Numbered from the stretch's first letter, positions 16,574 through 34,130 are shown. The stretch: 64,000 nt of DNA from Eledone cirrhosa (GCA_964016885.1 OZ024749.1:3782001-3846000); one strand, 5' to 3'. Numbers and translations: made by a program. Notes: generated by a model from the letters alone, not told the origin.

Positions 16574-17819
16574 ATTACAAGTTTGAAGAACAGGCAGATG
16601 AAATTCACATAGTACGCCCAAATAACCCATTCGCTCGATGATTTCACGGGAATTGCATTTCCGAATTGTCTGTCAGCGATTAAGAGCGAACACATTTAGT
16701 TATCAATGGTAATCTCGGGATATGTTTAAGCATTATATAAATCAGGCTTGACCAAACGGCGTTCCTTGGTTCCTTCCCTACATCCCGCGTCCTGGAGTGC
16801 AATAGTTGCACCCAGTACACAGAAACGACGCATTAATTCTAGTATCGAGAGTAATACGCAAACTTGGTAAGGACCAATACAGGGAGTCGTCAATGGTAAG
16901 AGCTCCTTATTTGTCCTATCGTAAATGTCTGAGTGTGACCAAGTAGCACTTCTTGACAGCTAACGTCGTCACGTAATTCCCAAAAAGGAAGGAAAGACAG
17001 GCATATGCGATAAAACCAAACACATATTTAAGCGGTCAAATTTCAAACAGTTTGAAAGTAGCGCCAACAGCTATCAACGACGTATATAAAAAAATAGCAG
17101 TCAGAAGTACATGATACATTGACTTAATATTCAAAATATCTAAAAAAATATATTATATATGGAACATAGAAGAAATATACAAACATTCAACACGAGTAAA
17201 GATACATCCGTTACGAAGGAGAATTAAATAAAAGTGTATCGAACTAAACAGTTTGAGTTTGTTCTAGTACGCCGAAATGTCCAACACAATCGCTGGTTAT
17301 TATATCATATTCACAACTGCCTCTATTACTACCATAGTAACCTGGGGGGGGGGGAGTGCCACTCCTGTTATTGTTGCTGCTGTAAAGATATCCATATAAA
17401 ACAGCAACATATCTATTAGGTCACCACCTACTGCTAAGGCATACCAGTTTGACCTGGCTTCTGAAAATATAGACGACAAATCACAGACTATGGCGCCACT
17501 AATGAATTTAAAATGGCTTGATGATAGAGTGTTGAAACTACATCTGACTATCTAGTGGACTTCTTTATACCTCGTGTAGATTTTGGGAGGCTATTTATTT
17601 TATGCCATATGTCACCAGTGCTTTGAGAAAACAACACCAAATATCAAACCAGAGACATAAGAATAAACCGAAGCCACTGGAGTAATATTTATTTATTCTT
17701 CAAGTTTTATTTCTGTTTTTTTGTTCATTTCAACTTCGAGCCGTCTAATGGGTTCATGTTGCATAACAGTTCTCACCAAAATATATATAACAGCCATTAT
17801 GAATAAATTGAAGTAAATC

Positions 17820-18010
17820 TAACCTGTTGACTTGTAAGGCTAGCTATGACGCCGATGCATTATTGGTGCTTTATTTCATCAACCCCATGAGCATAAAAAG
17901 CAAAGTTAACCTCGGGGTGGGGGGGGGGGCTTTCAATTCAGATCGTAACGAGACATAACTCTAGATTGCAAAGCATGCTGTCTGACGCTCGATCGAATCT
18001 GCCAATATAC
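17820..18010 (-). mobile_element. tRNA-derived SINE family 1, diverged
   Basis: Reverse complement of the family body (tggtgctttatttcatcaacccc..aaagcaaagttaacctcgg). Confidence 0.7.
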
Positions 18011-19407
18011 TAGTAATAGGTATAAATAGAAGTTGTAGCGACCATCAGATGCCAATCGAATTGTTTGAAGCAGTTACAAAGCAAACAATTGTGCACACAT
18101 TTAATAAATTTTCGTCCAGAGTTAACACAAAGTTAAGTATGTGTGACACCAACAATAAAACGACCAAGTGCATGTGCAGATAGTTTATAACCACACAACG
18201 ATAAATACAAACAGTTCGAAGACTAACCTCTACTATCTCCAATAAATAAGAATCGAGAGAAATCAATAAAAATATTTGATAGGTTTCCGGGCTGCAGGTA
18301 AGATGCACCAGGAGTGGCACACTGCATATGCAGGGGCTCGAGTGCTACACGTGAGTGTGTATGTGTGTATATATGTGTGTGTATGCGTGCGTATCTGATA
18401 ATACTGACCCTGTATCTACCTCTGGAATTTCTATTACTGGTTACAGGACAGCAGTGATATATATTTCTCGACTCCTGTCTACGGATGTCAACTTCACTGA
18501 TATATTATGCGGTGGATGTACCTGTCCTGGTATCCTGTCGTATGTTACAGTTTCTAGATTTCACTAGATTTTCACTATATGTTTATTTTATTTTCTTTTG
18601 AAGATAATGAAAACTGGTGAGGAATTTATTGATATTCTTTCAGCAATAATCTTCAAGATCATCACCTTGCTGAAAGCAGAACAATATAATTTTAATATAA
18701 TATTTTGATGGAATTTTCTTAAAAGGAAAAACTCTTTATTCTATGAAATGGTTTCTGATTTAGGCAAAATGCCAACAATTTGGAAGGAAGGGAAAGGAGA
18801 TTAAATCGACTCCAGTGCGTTACTGGTGCTTTCTAATATTGACCACGTAAGGAATTAAAGGCAGAGCGAGGTTTAGTATCGAAGGCTTAGATAGCATAAA
18901 AAACAAAAAAAAAACAAGAAGAAATCTACTGAGCATTTTGAATTATGTATATAATCTCGAAATGCAAAAGATACAGTCGAAATATGAATCTACTTTCGCA
19001 AAGGAAATTTATTCAAAAATCAATATTTCCATATCAGACAATACCACCTAACATTCTACTGAGTATGGAGAGAAAAAACACGATTTGTCAGCATTACAAA
19101 TAAAGACAGATAAATAAAATTGTGAATTAATAGCATTAGAAAAAAGACGCAAACATCAAAATACAACATAACCTTCAACTTTGAGAACTGCTAACGCAAT
19201 CAGTAAAATATTAAATTAATTATCCGTTAATTTTTCTGTCGATTTTATATATTTTACGTTTCCACTATTATGCTATGAAAGTAAATTTAAAAATATTCAA
19301 CAAAAAACACGTATTTTCAATCATCTATCACTGATGATTTATACTCACACACATATACACAGACACGCACATACACACACATACCGATACATACATATAT
19401 GTATACA

Positions 19408-19449
<42 letters not shown>

Positions 19450-19741
19450 ATCTGTGTGTTGTGAGGATATTCGTATTTTTATTTTTTCCTTTTAAACCCG
19501 ACATTCATTTTGACTCTGTCATTAAATTTATGTATTCTTTGACACAAAATTTTATGTGCTCAGTTTCAATTTAAACCAAAAGAAATATAACATCGGAGTT
19601 CAAATATTGATATTTTATATGGAAGCAAATAAAAACTAATTCACATCTCTACATATGTATATATTATCTGTATTATATGTTATATCTAGACATGATAATA
19701 ATATTTCAAGTTACTGATCATGCCTATATATATTTATATAA

Positions 19742-19829
<88 letters not shown>

Positions 19830-19969
19830 CGAAGGAAATGTGGTAAGGAACCAGGTGGACCATAACGCACCAAAGTACTCAATACTTAGGGTAGTAGAGT
19901 GGGTAATAGGAAACAATAAGACCCCGACGGCTGAGCTCAAGCCGTTTCGACGGCTAATTCTGGACTAAA

Positions 19970-21339
19970 TGAAAATGTATCCTGGTATTTAAATAGCCGA
20001 GCTTCTCAAGGGGTAATTCCATATATGGTCAAAGTGATTGTCAAAAGGTAGTAGTAATTCTGTGATTGCAAATTAGTAGGGGAGATGGTGGCTAAACCTG
20101 CCAGTAGGAGAAAAAGTGGAGGGGTGGAGTAGACCCAATCATGCGTTGGTAGTGCCAGCTACAGCTGGGCATGAGGTCAAAGAAGATACTGGGGAGGGGG
20201 AGGGGGAGGAAGTCTAAACGGTAGGTAGAACAATGAGGGGTAAAAAATATATATATATATGAAAGAAAACATACTGAGAGTGATGAAAAGCGAATAAGTG
20301 TAAACAAAAAAAAGTATAAAAGCAAGTTCTACGATCTAAGTCTCTAGCTATTGTTAGGCTAGAAAAATAAATAAACAAAGAAAGAAAGAAATAAAGAAAG
20401 AAATAAAGAAATAACGAAATAAGTAAATAAACTAGGTGGGACGGAATAGGCAAGACACTTTTAAGAGGTATAAGTACGTAAATCATACGGTGACGGGTCA
20501 ACGAGTCAACAAATGGGGCCAAAATACTAAAGAAACTACCACGAAATAAATAAAAGGCGGGGTGGATTGTGAATTTATTTTTCCGTATTCTACCTTCACT
20601 TCGTACGAACTTTCATGTAGCTTGTATAAGATATTTTGTAGCGCGGCGGTACATTTAGAGTTAGCATTAGTATATATTTTTTTCGGGACTCAGAATTATT
20701 ATCTAGTACTAGTTTACTTTGCTGCACTGGGTGGTTGCTGGCCTGGTGCCCGAGATAGAAACCTTTATTATTTATTTCGTGGTAGTTTCTTTAGTATTTT
20801 GGCCCCATTTGTTGACCCGTCACCGTATACTTTTTACGTACTTATACCTCTTAAAAGGGTCCTTGCCTATTCCGTCCCACCTAGTTTATTTACTTATTTC
20901 GTTATTTCTTTATTTCTTTCTTTATTTCTTTCTTTATTTATTTATTTTTCTAGCCTAACAATAGCTAGAGACTTAGGTCGTGGAACTTGCTTTTATACTC
21001 TTTTTTCTTTACACTTATTCGCTTTTCATCACTCCCAGTATTTTTTCTTTCATATATATATTTTTTCCCCCTCATTGTTCTACCTACCGTTTCGACTTCC
21101 TCCCCCTCCCCCTCCCCAGTATCTTCTTTGACCTCATGCCCAGCTGTAGCTGGCACTACCAGCGCATGATTGGGTCTACTCCACCCCCTCCCCCTTTTCT
21201 CCTACTGGCATGTTTAGCCACCATCTCCCCTACTAATTTGCAATCACAGAATTACTAGTACCTTTTGACAATCACTTTGACCATATATGGAATTACCCCT
21301 TGAGAAGCTCGGCTATTTAAATACCAGGATACATTTTCA
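19970..21339. repeat. Long near-identical inverted repeat (arms about 19970-20555 and 20763-21339), joined to a PLE-type tail at 19828-19965
   Basis: tgaaaatgtatcctggtatttaaatagccgagc.. at the left start and ..gctcggctatttaaataccaggatacattttca at the right end. The duplicated ORF peptides on opposite strands confirm it. Confidence 0.95.
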
Positions 21340-21539
21340 ATGCTCATTGTACACTAAATACAACAGCCAGATAACGGCAATTTCACCACCCCCAATCCCA
21401 GCATAATAATTATAATTACTATTATTATTGTCTCAAGTTTTCACAAAAAATGTTTAATTCCAATATTAAGAGAATATGTCAACACATATTAAACATACGC
21501 GACTAACCGTATATATTCACCGACCAAACAAATATATAT

Positions 21540-21594
<55 letters not shown>

Positions 21595-22093
21595 CGTGTG
21601 TGTGTGTGTGGTGATGTGTGGGTGTATATGTATGTGTGTGTGTGCGTGTGTGGGTGTGGGTGTGTGTCTGTGTGTGTATTTGTCTGTGTATGTGTGCGTG
21701 TGTGCGCGTGTTTCAGTGGGAGTATTTGTGTAATCGCAGATGCATGTGCTCGTGTATTTCCTATTGTAAGTTATCATTGTTCAATTTTGTCTTCTGTTTC
21801 AGTGAAAAAAAAAATATTTTGTAACACTTCCTCTGTCGTTCACATATTAGGCTAATATAAGTGATAGCCCCCTCCTTCGGTTATGTCTTTCATCCTGTTT
21901 CTTAACATGATATTTCCGCCTTGTAATGTGGGCTTAAATATTTCCCCAAAATAGCTCAAGTTATCTCTGATTTTTACAGAGAAATACATATATTTGGGAT
22001 TCTTAATTATCTGTATAGAATATTTATAGACATTTATATATAAAATTGCGCAACTTCGTTTACATCTCTGATGTATATATATTGAGATAACTT

Positions 22094-22204
<111 letters not shown>

Positions 22205-22250
22205 TGTGTGTGTGTGTGTGAGAAAAACCACAGACCCACCATCTCAACTC

Positions 22251-22290
22251 TATTTTTGAAAAGCAGAAGAACTGCGAAACCGGTAAAGGA
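22251..22290 (+). ncRNA. Minimal type I hammerhead-like motif with U3-A8 core
   Basis: UUU-UUGAAAA-GCAG(aagaa)CUGC-GAAA-CCGG-UA-AAG, with palindromic stem III ACCGGU and a GUA triplet. Lies in a ~210-bp repeat (22220-22430) also found at 35700-35910. Confidence 0.6.
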
Positions 22291-22561
22291 ACCAAATAAA
22301 TATATATATTTAAAAAAAAAATAACACTCCAGTTGCATTTTCGATTTCATCTCTTTTTCTTTATACTTTCACTCGTGTAGGACACCACGGTTATTTTTTC
22401 AATTTGTAAAAAAAACCACACTTTCTAATATATATATCTGTATATATATATACACACACACATATATATATATATGTGTGTGTGTGTGTATTATATATAT
22501 ATATATATATATATATACATACGATATTAATAAATGGAAATCATATTCATAAAACCATATT

Positions 22562-22626
22562 TATTTCATTATACATATTTCGGGGATACCATATTAAATC
22601 ATGGTATACCTTCATCAGACAAAATA
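22562..22626 (-). ncRNA. Type I hammerhead ribozyme motif (antisense arm)
   Basis: Reverse complement: gu-CUGAUGA-agguauacca(loop)ugguaucccc-GAAA-uaugua-UA-augaaaua. Confidence 0.7.
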
Positions 22627-22785
22627 CAATATATAACAGTTTTACAAATATGCTTTGACGTACCCTTTTAAAATGCAACCATTATTTTTGGAAGCCATTT
22701 GGAAACTAGCCAGATTGCTTCCAAAAATAATGGTTGCATTTTAAAAGGGTACGTCAAAGCTTATTTGTAAAACTGATATATATTG

Positions 22786-22850
22786 TAATTTGTCTGATGA
22801 AGGCATACCATGATTTAATTTGGTATACCTGAAATATGTATAATGAAATA
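22786..22850 (+). ncRNA. Type I hammerhead ribozyme motif
   Basis: CUGAUGA at 22794-22800, stem II aggcauacca/ugguauaccu, GAAA at 22831-22834, minimal stem III AUA-ug-UAU, predicted cleavage after A22842. Confidence 0.75.
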
Positions 22851-23035
22851 AATATGGTTTTATAAATATAATTTCCATTTATTAATATCGTATATCTACT
22901 CCAAATACTTGTCGAGTGCTTTATATCAGTTATAACAATATTTACTTGTTGTATCCCAACAATTTTAAATAGAACTTTTGCATATATATATATATATATA
23001 TATATAATACACACACACACACTCATATATATATA

Positions 23036-23183
<148 letters not shown>

Positions 23184-23664
23184 GATGAAGTTATCTCAAT
23201 ATATATACATCAGAGATGTAAACGAAGTTGCGCAATTTTATATATAAATGTCTATAAATGTTCTATACAGATAATTAAGAATCCCAAATATATGTATTTC
23301 TCTGTACAAATCAGAGATAACTTGAATTATTTTGGGGAAATATTTAAACCCACATTACAAGGCGGAAATATCATGTTAAGAAACAGGATGAAAGACATAA
23401 CCGAAGGAGGGGGCTATCACTTATATTAGCCTCATATATGAACGACAGAGGAAGTGTTAGAAAAGATAATGTTTTTCTCCGAAACAGAAAACAAAATTAA
23501 ACAATGATAACTTACAATAGGAAATACACGAGAACATGCATCTGCGATTACACAAATAATCCCACTGAAACACGCGCACACACGCACACATACACAGACA
23601 AATACACCCACACACCCACATGCCCACCCACACACGCACACAGACATATACAACCACACACTCC

Positions 23665-23733
<69 letters not shown>

Positions 23734-24059
23734 ATATATGTGTGTGGGGGCGTGTGTTTATAATTTATTCGTACGTATTTAGTATCAATGAACGTATCTA
23801 TAAATGTATGTATGTTTGTACGTATGTATGTATGTATGCATGTATGTATGCATGTATGTATGGATGTATGTATGTATATATTGTGTATCTCATAGCGACT
23901 TTTTTTATTCTTTAAATCTCCCGAAGAATTACTTCGAAACTCCTTATGGAGACAATAGCAACACAGGAAATACTTGTTCCCCTGAGAATTCTCAGAATTA
24001 CAGAATTATAACCATGACAAACAAAGAATTCTATTGTATCATTTTCATAGCACACAGTC

Positions 24060-24154
<95 letters not shown>

Positions 24155-24328
24155 CCTATATCTATAAGTATAACTAAGTATGTATGTTTGATTATTCGCT
24201 CGAGCGTAAATATGATCTTACATATATAAATATTTTCTTGATATGATTACTTCATGTGTTTTTATTTTCAGAGACATAATTATTTATATATATATATATA
24301 TTTAAATATATATATATATATATATATT

Positions 24329-24381
<53 letters not shown>

Positions 24382-24662
24382 TTATATATATATGTATGTA
24401 TAATCGTTGTTTCGTTATATCCTTCCGTAAACACAGACAGTGTTTGCTGAAAATAGTTCGTCTCACAATTTCAAATATATTGAAATCATTAAACTTAGCT
24501 TAAAGTGGTTTTCTTTCATTGTTGTTTCCATGCCATATATCTGTGTGTAAGATCAGTCTTCTCTATAGAGATAGTAGATTTTGTATTTAACAAAGCTACG
24601 TGCACACACTCACACACAGATGCACATGGGCACACACACATTCACACACAGTATATATATAT

Positions 24663-24777
<115 letters not shown>

Positions 24778-24787
24778 ATTAGATACT

Positions 24788-24833
<46 letters not shown>

Positions 24834-24834
<1 letters not shown>

Positions 24835-25400
24835 GTTATTCCGGGTTGAATCGGAGGTAACCACAGTAAGTAAGGTACTCAATACTTAGCAGAGTATAAA
24901 AGTTTTAATATAGATGAGATTCTACAGGACTAGAACTGTTTCATTCTTTAGAAATCATCAGGAATCTGGGTATCAAAAAATAAATATGGTATTTATAGGT
25001 CTCTACAAGTGGTAGGAGAGGGTGGGGAGTGGGATGGGTGCAGGTCATTGGTTGATAGAAAAGGGAATTCATTAAAAGCTAATTCTACAAAGCTATAGTT
25101 TATTTTTATTTATTTATGTTTTTAGAGTAACAAGGGCAGACAGCATTCTATAAACAGGTTCCGGATGGCATACCATTCTTTGTCATTAAGTTTCTCTTAA
25201 GCTAACAGATGTCTATAAAGTCAGTGGGGGGTCAGTCATGGTCGATAGAATTAAAGAAAAGGGAGATTCTTTAAAAGCTAAAGTCATTAAGGTTCTACTA
25301 AGTGACAAAGGTCTAGAGAATTCTGCAGACAGATTCAAAATACTGAGTGCATATCTTACTATTATCTTAGAACTTCTCTTAAACTAATCAACTATATGCC
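24834..25400 (-). mobile_element. PLE 3' terminal (pLTR) fragment abutting (TA)n
   Basis: Contains a canonical hammerhead. Its terminus (ccgggttga..taaccacagtaagtaa.gtactcaatac) recurs next to TA tracts at about 13895-13950. Confidence 0.75.
24917..24967 (-). ncRNA. Type I hammerhead ribozyme with intact core
   Basis: Reverse complement: agauuc-CUGAUGA-uuuc(uaaa)gaau-GAAA-cag(uucuaguc)cug-UA-gaaucu. 6-bp stem I, 4-bp stem III, GUA triplet. Confidence 0.85.
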
Positions 25401-25549
25401 AAAAATCAACAGACACATTCACAAAAAAACAAAAAAACACATACTTACTCACACACTTACGTGCAACCATAAACACACACACAAACACATATACACACAT
25501 AAAAACACACACACATATATACAAATATATTCATGTACACACACATACA

Positions 25550-25639
<90 letters not shown>

Positions 25640-25842
25640 TATATACACATATATACACACACACATATATATATATACACATACACACACATACACATAC
25701 ATACACACACACATATATACACAAATAAATACACTCACACGCATACATACAAACACAAATATACATGTGTATACATATACACACAAATACATATAGACAT
25801 ATATGCATACACATACACAGACACACATACACAGACACACAT

Positions 25843-25894
<52 letters not shown>

Positions 25895-25952
25895 ACACAT
25901 ACATACATACACATACATATATACACACACATACGTATACATATATATATAC

Positions 25953-26031
<79 letters not shown>

Positions 26032-26037
26032 TACATG

Positions 26038-26097
<60 letters not shown>

Positions 26098-26104
26098 TAT
26101 ATAT

Positions 26105-26153
<49 letters not shown>

Positions 26154-26174
26154 AATATATATACATACATACAG

Positions 26175-28809
<2,635 letters not shown>

Positions 28810-28812
<3 letters not shown>

Positions 28813-29690
28813 AGTAGGCAGACCAGATATGGAAGAGTGTTAAAAGTTTTGTTATCAAAATTACAAGCCAGTAAAGAGAGGTTTACTGTGTTCGATGCAT
28901 ATAGTTAGCAAGACAGGCGAACAAGTTCAGTGATTTGTACAAGTTCTGTCATAAGCAGAGCTGAAAAGCATGTATTAAATATCAGAGAAGGCAACAACAA
29001 TTCTTTGAAAAACTATATTTACTGGCTGACAGGTGTTTCAGTGGTTATTACACACGTGGAGTAACTGGATACTGATTAGAATATCGATAACCAAACTGTG
29101 ATTGTGTTTTTAAAGTAGGTAAAATACGGTCAAGGATGCGCTCAATAATTCCGACCATATTGGAAGTAGAGTGGCTGATAAGTCTAATAGAGGGGTTATC
29201 ATCATTTTACATATGATCTTTCAAAGATAATTTTAGAGTCATAAGTATATAAAGGCGGGTGTATTTATCTATTCCTTAGTCATTTACAATTGCTTTAGCT
29301 TTATTATTAATTTCATTAAGGGTGGAAGTATATGTTCTTTTCTTTGTAGTATTATTAAGATCTTTAACCACATTATCAATTTTAAACAAGTAAATATTTA
29401 ATTCTATTCTACTTATTTAACTCCATTGAGTAATACTTATCTCCGTTTGGTAATTTTCGTTCTTTTTTCATTCTCATATTAGTCACCGCCATGTTTACTT
29501 ATAAATTAACTTATTTAGTCCTTACAGTCCTTGCTAGAATGAGCTCCAAATATCAATTTTATTGTAGAATCTTCTCCATGTGATATGGATTTACTTCCTT
29601 GAATTAATATGTTTATAAATTTCCTTTTTCGCTCCGTAGTACATATATTTATTCAAATAAATTTTGTTTTCTCTGATATTTAATACATGC
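28810..29690 (-). pseudogene. Highly decayed Naiad-like PLE RT N-terminal part
   Basis: Hand translation of the minus strand gives NEINNKAKAIVND and NPSIRLISHSTSNMVGIIERILDRILP, resembling the NPxCRLINP..IGxISKxILDRI motif of this RT group. Many stops. Confidence 0.6.
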
Positions 29691-29693
29691 TAT

Positions 29694-29775
<82 letters not shown>

Positions 29776-29811
29776 TGTAAGTATATTTTCGAAACCGCCA
29801 GTGGGTTTGAA

Positions 29812-30158
<347 letters not shown>

Positions 30159-30468
30159 TATATATATTTATATATGTTATGTATATATGTATATATATAT
30201 ATATTTCATTTCTGAATTTGTTTAGCAAGAATCTTTACCTGAACAACGTATGTTGAAACCGATATTGGTATGCTTTGGGAAGGTGATGTTGCCAATAAAA
30301 ACGCATGCACCAGTTGCTTTCACTCCAATTTATTATGAATTAAATTTATAAATTTCCGATTGTTTGGTTGGTTCAATAACCGGATGGTTGTTCATATATT
30401 GTCAAAGTCCTTTGGTGACACTCTCCTTTGTTCTATCCTACGCTACTTTGTTTTATGTGTATATATCA

Positions 30469-30550
<82 letters not shown>

Positions 30551-30750
30551 CTGAAGACAGCATATATATGTTTAGGTATGTATATTCCTTCTGATAGTTT
30601 GTAAAAAATTTACATAGATCTATATGATATCCAACCAACACTAACATATATATCCTAGAAACGATCGTAAAATGATGAATTTTTTAATATAAGCAACTGT
30701 TTCTTTGTTTATTCATTATTCTTATTAATTTATATATATATATATATACC

Positions 30751-30928
<178 letters not shown>

Positions 30929-33668
30929 CATATATATTTTTGTATGTAACGATTTGGTCGATTTTAACTAAATAGAAACAAATACTCTATAAACTATTCT
31001 CCATGAGATTTATGTTAAAGTTACACGTGATTCTATAATGCTCAGGCAATTGCACATTATTTTAAAGGGCAGGATCATCCTATGGCAAAACAAATATGAC
31101 ATTTATTTTGCTTCGGAATTCAGGTCTATTAAACATGTTATCATATATATGGAAATTATTTATATTGACGAGTGTGTGTACCATATTTCACCTTTCAGTA
31201 AAACTACTCTTTGAATTATACGCCTGCCCCTGCTTTATGATAAAGAGTAAATTAAAAGAAAATATATTTCAGGAAATATAGTTTTCTGTCAATTTTTTCT
31301 TCCCTAAATATGCATTTGCTTCTGTCACCCTTCTTTATCTTTCTGACAGATATGTGTAACGCCTTCAGGTTCAAATTTTATAGTCCGTATCAACGTGAAA
31401 AGATGACATTTTCAATTCGATTTGCGTCTGTTCAGAGATACCATTTACTTGTTATTTCCAAAGTTATAGAGAACAGCATTTCCTTTTCATGAAATTCCCT
31501 GTTGTGAATTGATAATTAAATCCACGTAGAAATGCGTAGATAACAACTTTTGTTTCAAAGCTAGCGGATGGATGTCATCTGGTTTATAGCCTAGCAGGTC
31601 GATTTTGACGAGACCAAGACACCGATATTCTAAAACATTTTGGGTAAGTTACATTAACACACGCCTTACTTTCTCAGATGCTAATCTCTCAGAACTCCTC
31701 GAATAAATGACTGTTCTCCCTTTTTTTAACGTTATTTATCTCGAAAATGTGTTTACCTTTGTTTTATTTTGTCATAAATTTATTTTTTTCTATTAATTTA
31801 ATATTTTCCTTGTTTTTCCTTTCTTGAAAGAACCCATTCATCATTTTCTAAGTTTGAATTTTCCTTCTCTGTTATTTATTTCTTTATCAAATTCTGTATG
31901 TGTAATCTCTGAACATAAGAACGTCTTGTCAGGTCCAAACCAACAAACATTCGACCCCCACACAATATGCAGATAGCAACATTTTACACTTAAACTTAGA
32001 ATATAGCTATAATTGCATTTTTTTTTATTGGAGTCGTTTCTGTATTCTGTGGGTTAGTCAATTACTCATGCACTCTCTCTTTCTCTCTTACTCTCTTTAT
32101 ACGTCTCTTTCAGTGCTTTTCTCTCCTCCTTTTCCCCCTTTCTATCCCAATTCGTCGTTGTCCTTTTTCTCTCACTATCACTCTTTTCTGTCTCTATCTC
32201 TAGCTTTCTCTCTCTATCTCTGTCTCTTATTCTTTCTCTCACAATCTGTCTCACTATCTCTTCAACTATGATTTCTTTCATCCTACCTCATAACCTCTTC
32301 ATATTATCAGTGAAGCTCTATTAAAAATGACGCTGATTAGATTTTTCCGTGCAATTAACGAACGATAAACTGATACTTTCATTGAGATGTCTAATACTAT
32401 TTATAAGGCGTCAAATTGGCACAGATATTAGAAAGTTGGATAGAATGATTTGCGTTATTCATTGCGGCTAGCTGTTCTCTACGTTCAAATCTCGCCCAGA
32501 TTGACTCTGCCTTCCATCATTTTGAGGTCACCCAATAAAGCAACAGTCTAATTTTCGGTTCGATTCATCCTTTATTCGTTTTTCTTCACTGTTTCTCTCT
32601 ATTGCGCTCTCTCACTCTCAGTTCTTCTGTATAAGAAATCGAGTTCTGGCACAAAGATAAGCTATACATGTTCTTCTGTAAAGGGTATGTACTTAGTACA
32701 CTTTACATTAACATGTAAGCTCTTTCATATCAGAGCGCTTGAATGCATCTCTGGGGCCATCTATATATACATTTGAGTGACTTCCGTCCGTCACACAAAG
32801 TATGTGTTTGTGTGGATGTATGTTTGTCAAAGTAAGGAACCGGATGTGGAAAAAGCCATAGCAAAACAAGGACTGGCGTTCCATTTCCTACACTATTTGT
32901 GAGTGTATGTGTATTTGTGTGTTTGTATAAATGTATGTGTGTGTGTCTTTGTGTGAAGGTATGTGTATATGTGTGAATGTATGTGTGTGAATGTGTATTT
33001 TTACAAGTGTCTCTTTTGCGCGTTTATGTTTATATACTCATACATATAAATGTATCCATATACAGATAAACACACTCATACACATATAAACGCACGCGTC
33101 TGCATGTTGAAAAAATCCTAGTGATTAAAACACATATTTAGCTAACACCTTCCATCATATATTTTATGTAAGAAACTTTATTAAAATGTATCCCAAACAA
33201 CACTTTAATATTGCTTTATTTATCAATAATAACTAGTAGAAAAAACTACCCTTCGTATGGGTTTCTGCTAGCATGTGTAGTGTGTATATTGATATTATAC
33301 GCAGGTATATATACATGTAGATTTGATACATCAAATCAAATCGTAATTGACAATATATAATACATAGAAATTGAACGAAGACTGCGTTACACTGTCTTAA
33401 TTAATCAGTAACGTAATCCATGATACATTAAAAAAGACGATATTATATATAAACTCCATTGGGAGAAAATTACTGACAGAAAATTAGTATGTTTATTTAA
33501 GCGATGGCCAACCAGAAGTGTTGACATTTCAGAAATGTTAAAGAAGTGAATCTTTAAATATACAAAATATATTTAATCAACAGCCACGGGGTCGATAAAA
33601 TAAAGTACCAGTAATGCACTGGTAATTGCTGGCCTTGTGCCTAAAGTAGAAACACTTATTTATTCAAA

Positions 33669-33865
33669 GGGCGGTGGATTGGCAGTGTCGGTAGAGGGTC
33701 GGACGCCATGCTTTCCAGCATAGTTACGTCCCTTTACGATCTGAGTTCAAATCCCGCCGAGGTGGACTTTGTCTTTCATCCTTACAGGGTCGATAAAATA
33801 AAGTACCAGTAATGCACTGGTTAATTGCTGGCCTTATGCCTAAAGTAGAAACAATTATTTATTCA
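33669..33865 (+). mobile_element. tRNA-derived SINE family 1, preceded by a partial copy at 33587-33665
   Basis: ggcggtggattggcagtgtcggtagag..gagttcaaatcccgccgagg..tttcatccttacagggtcgataaaataaagtaccag. Confidence 0.9.
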
Positions 33866-33952
33866 AAGTAATCCAAACTATTTTACTAATGGGATAACAA
33901 ATTATAAACCATGCGCAGTCCTGCGCTCCTTACTTTATCATAGTTTAGCTTG

Positions 33953-34130
33953 TTTTTACTTTTACACAAGGCCAGCAATTATTTCAGTGCATTACTGATA
34001 CTTTATTTTATCGACCGCGTAGGGATGAAAGGCAAAGTTAACCTCGTTGGGATTTGAACTCAGAACGTAAAGAGCCATAACTCTATATTGCAAAGCATGG
34101 TGCCTGACGCTCTACCCATATTACTAATCC
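33953..34130 (-). mobile_element. tRNA-derived SINE family 1
   Basis: Reverse-complement body ttttatcgacc..ggatgaaaggcaaag..gggatttgaactc. Confidence 0.85.

Larger units (their letters stand above)
22519..22985. mobile_element. Fold-back element made of two inverted PLE-like 3' ends (palindrome 22519-22892 plus a ~90-bp tail)
   Basis: Arms of about 180 bp meet near 22705. Each arm carries CTGATGA-stem-GAAA. Flanked by TA/CA tracts. Homologous locus at 59035-59422. Confidence 0.85.
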
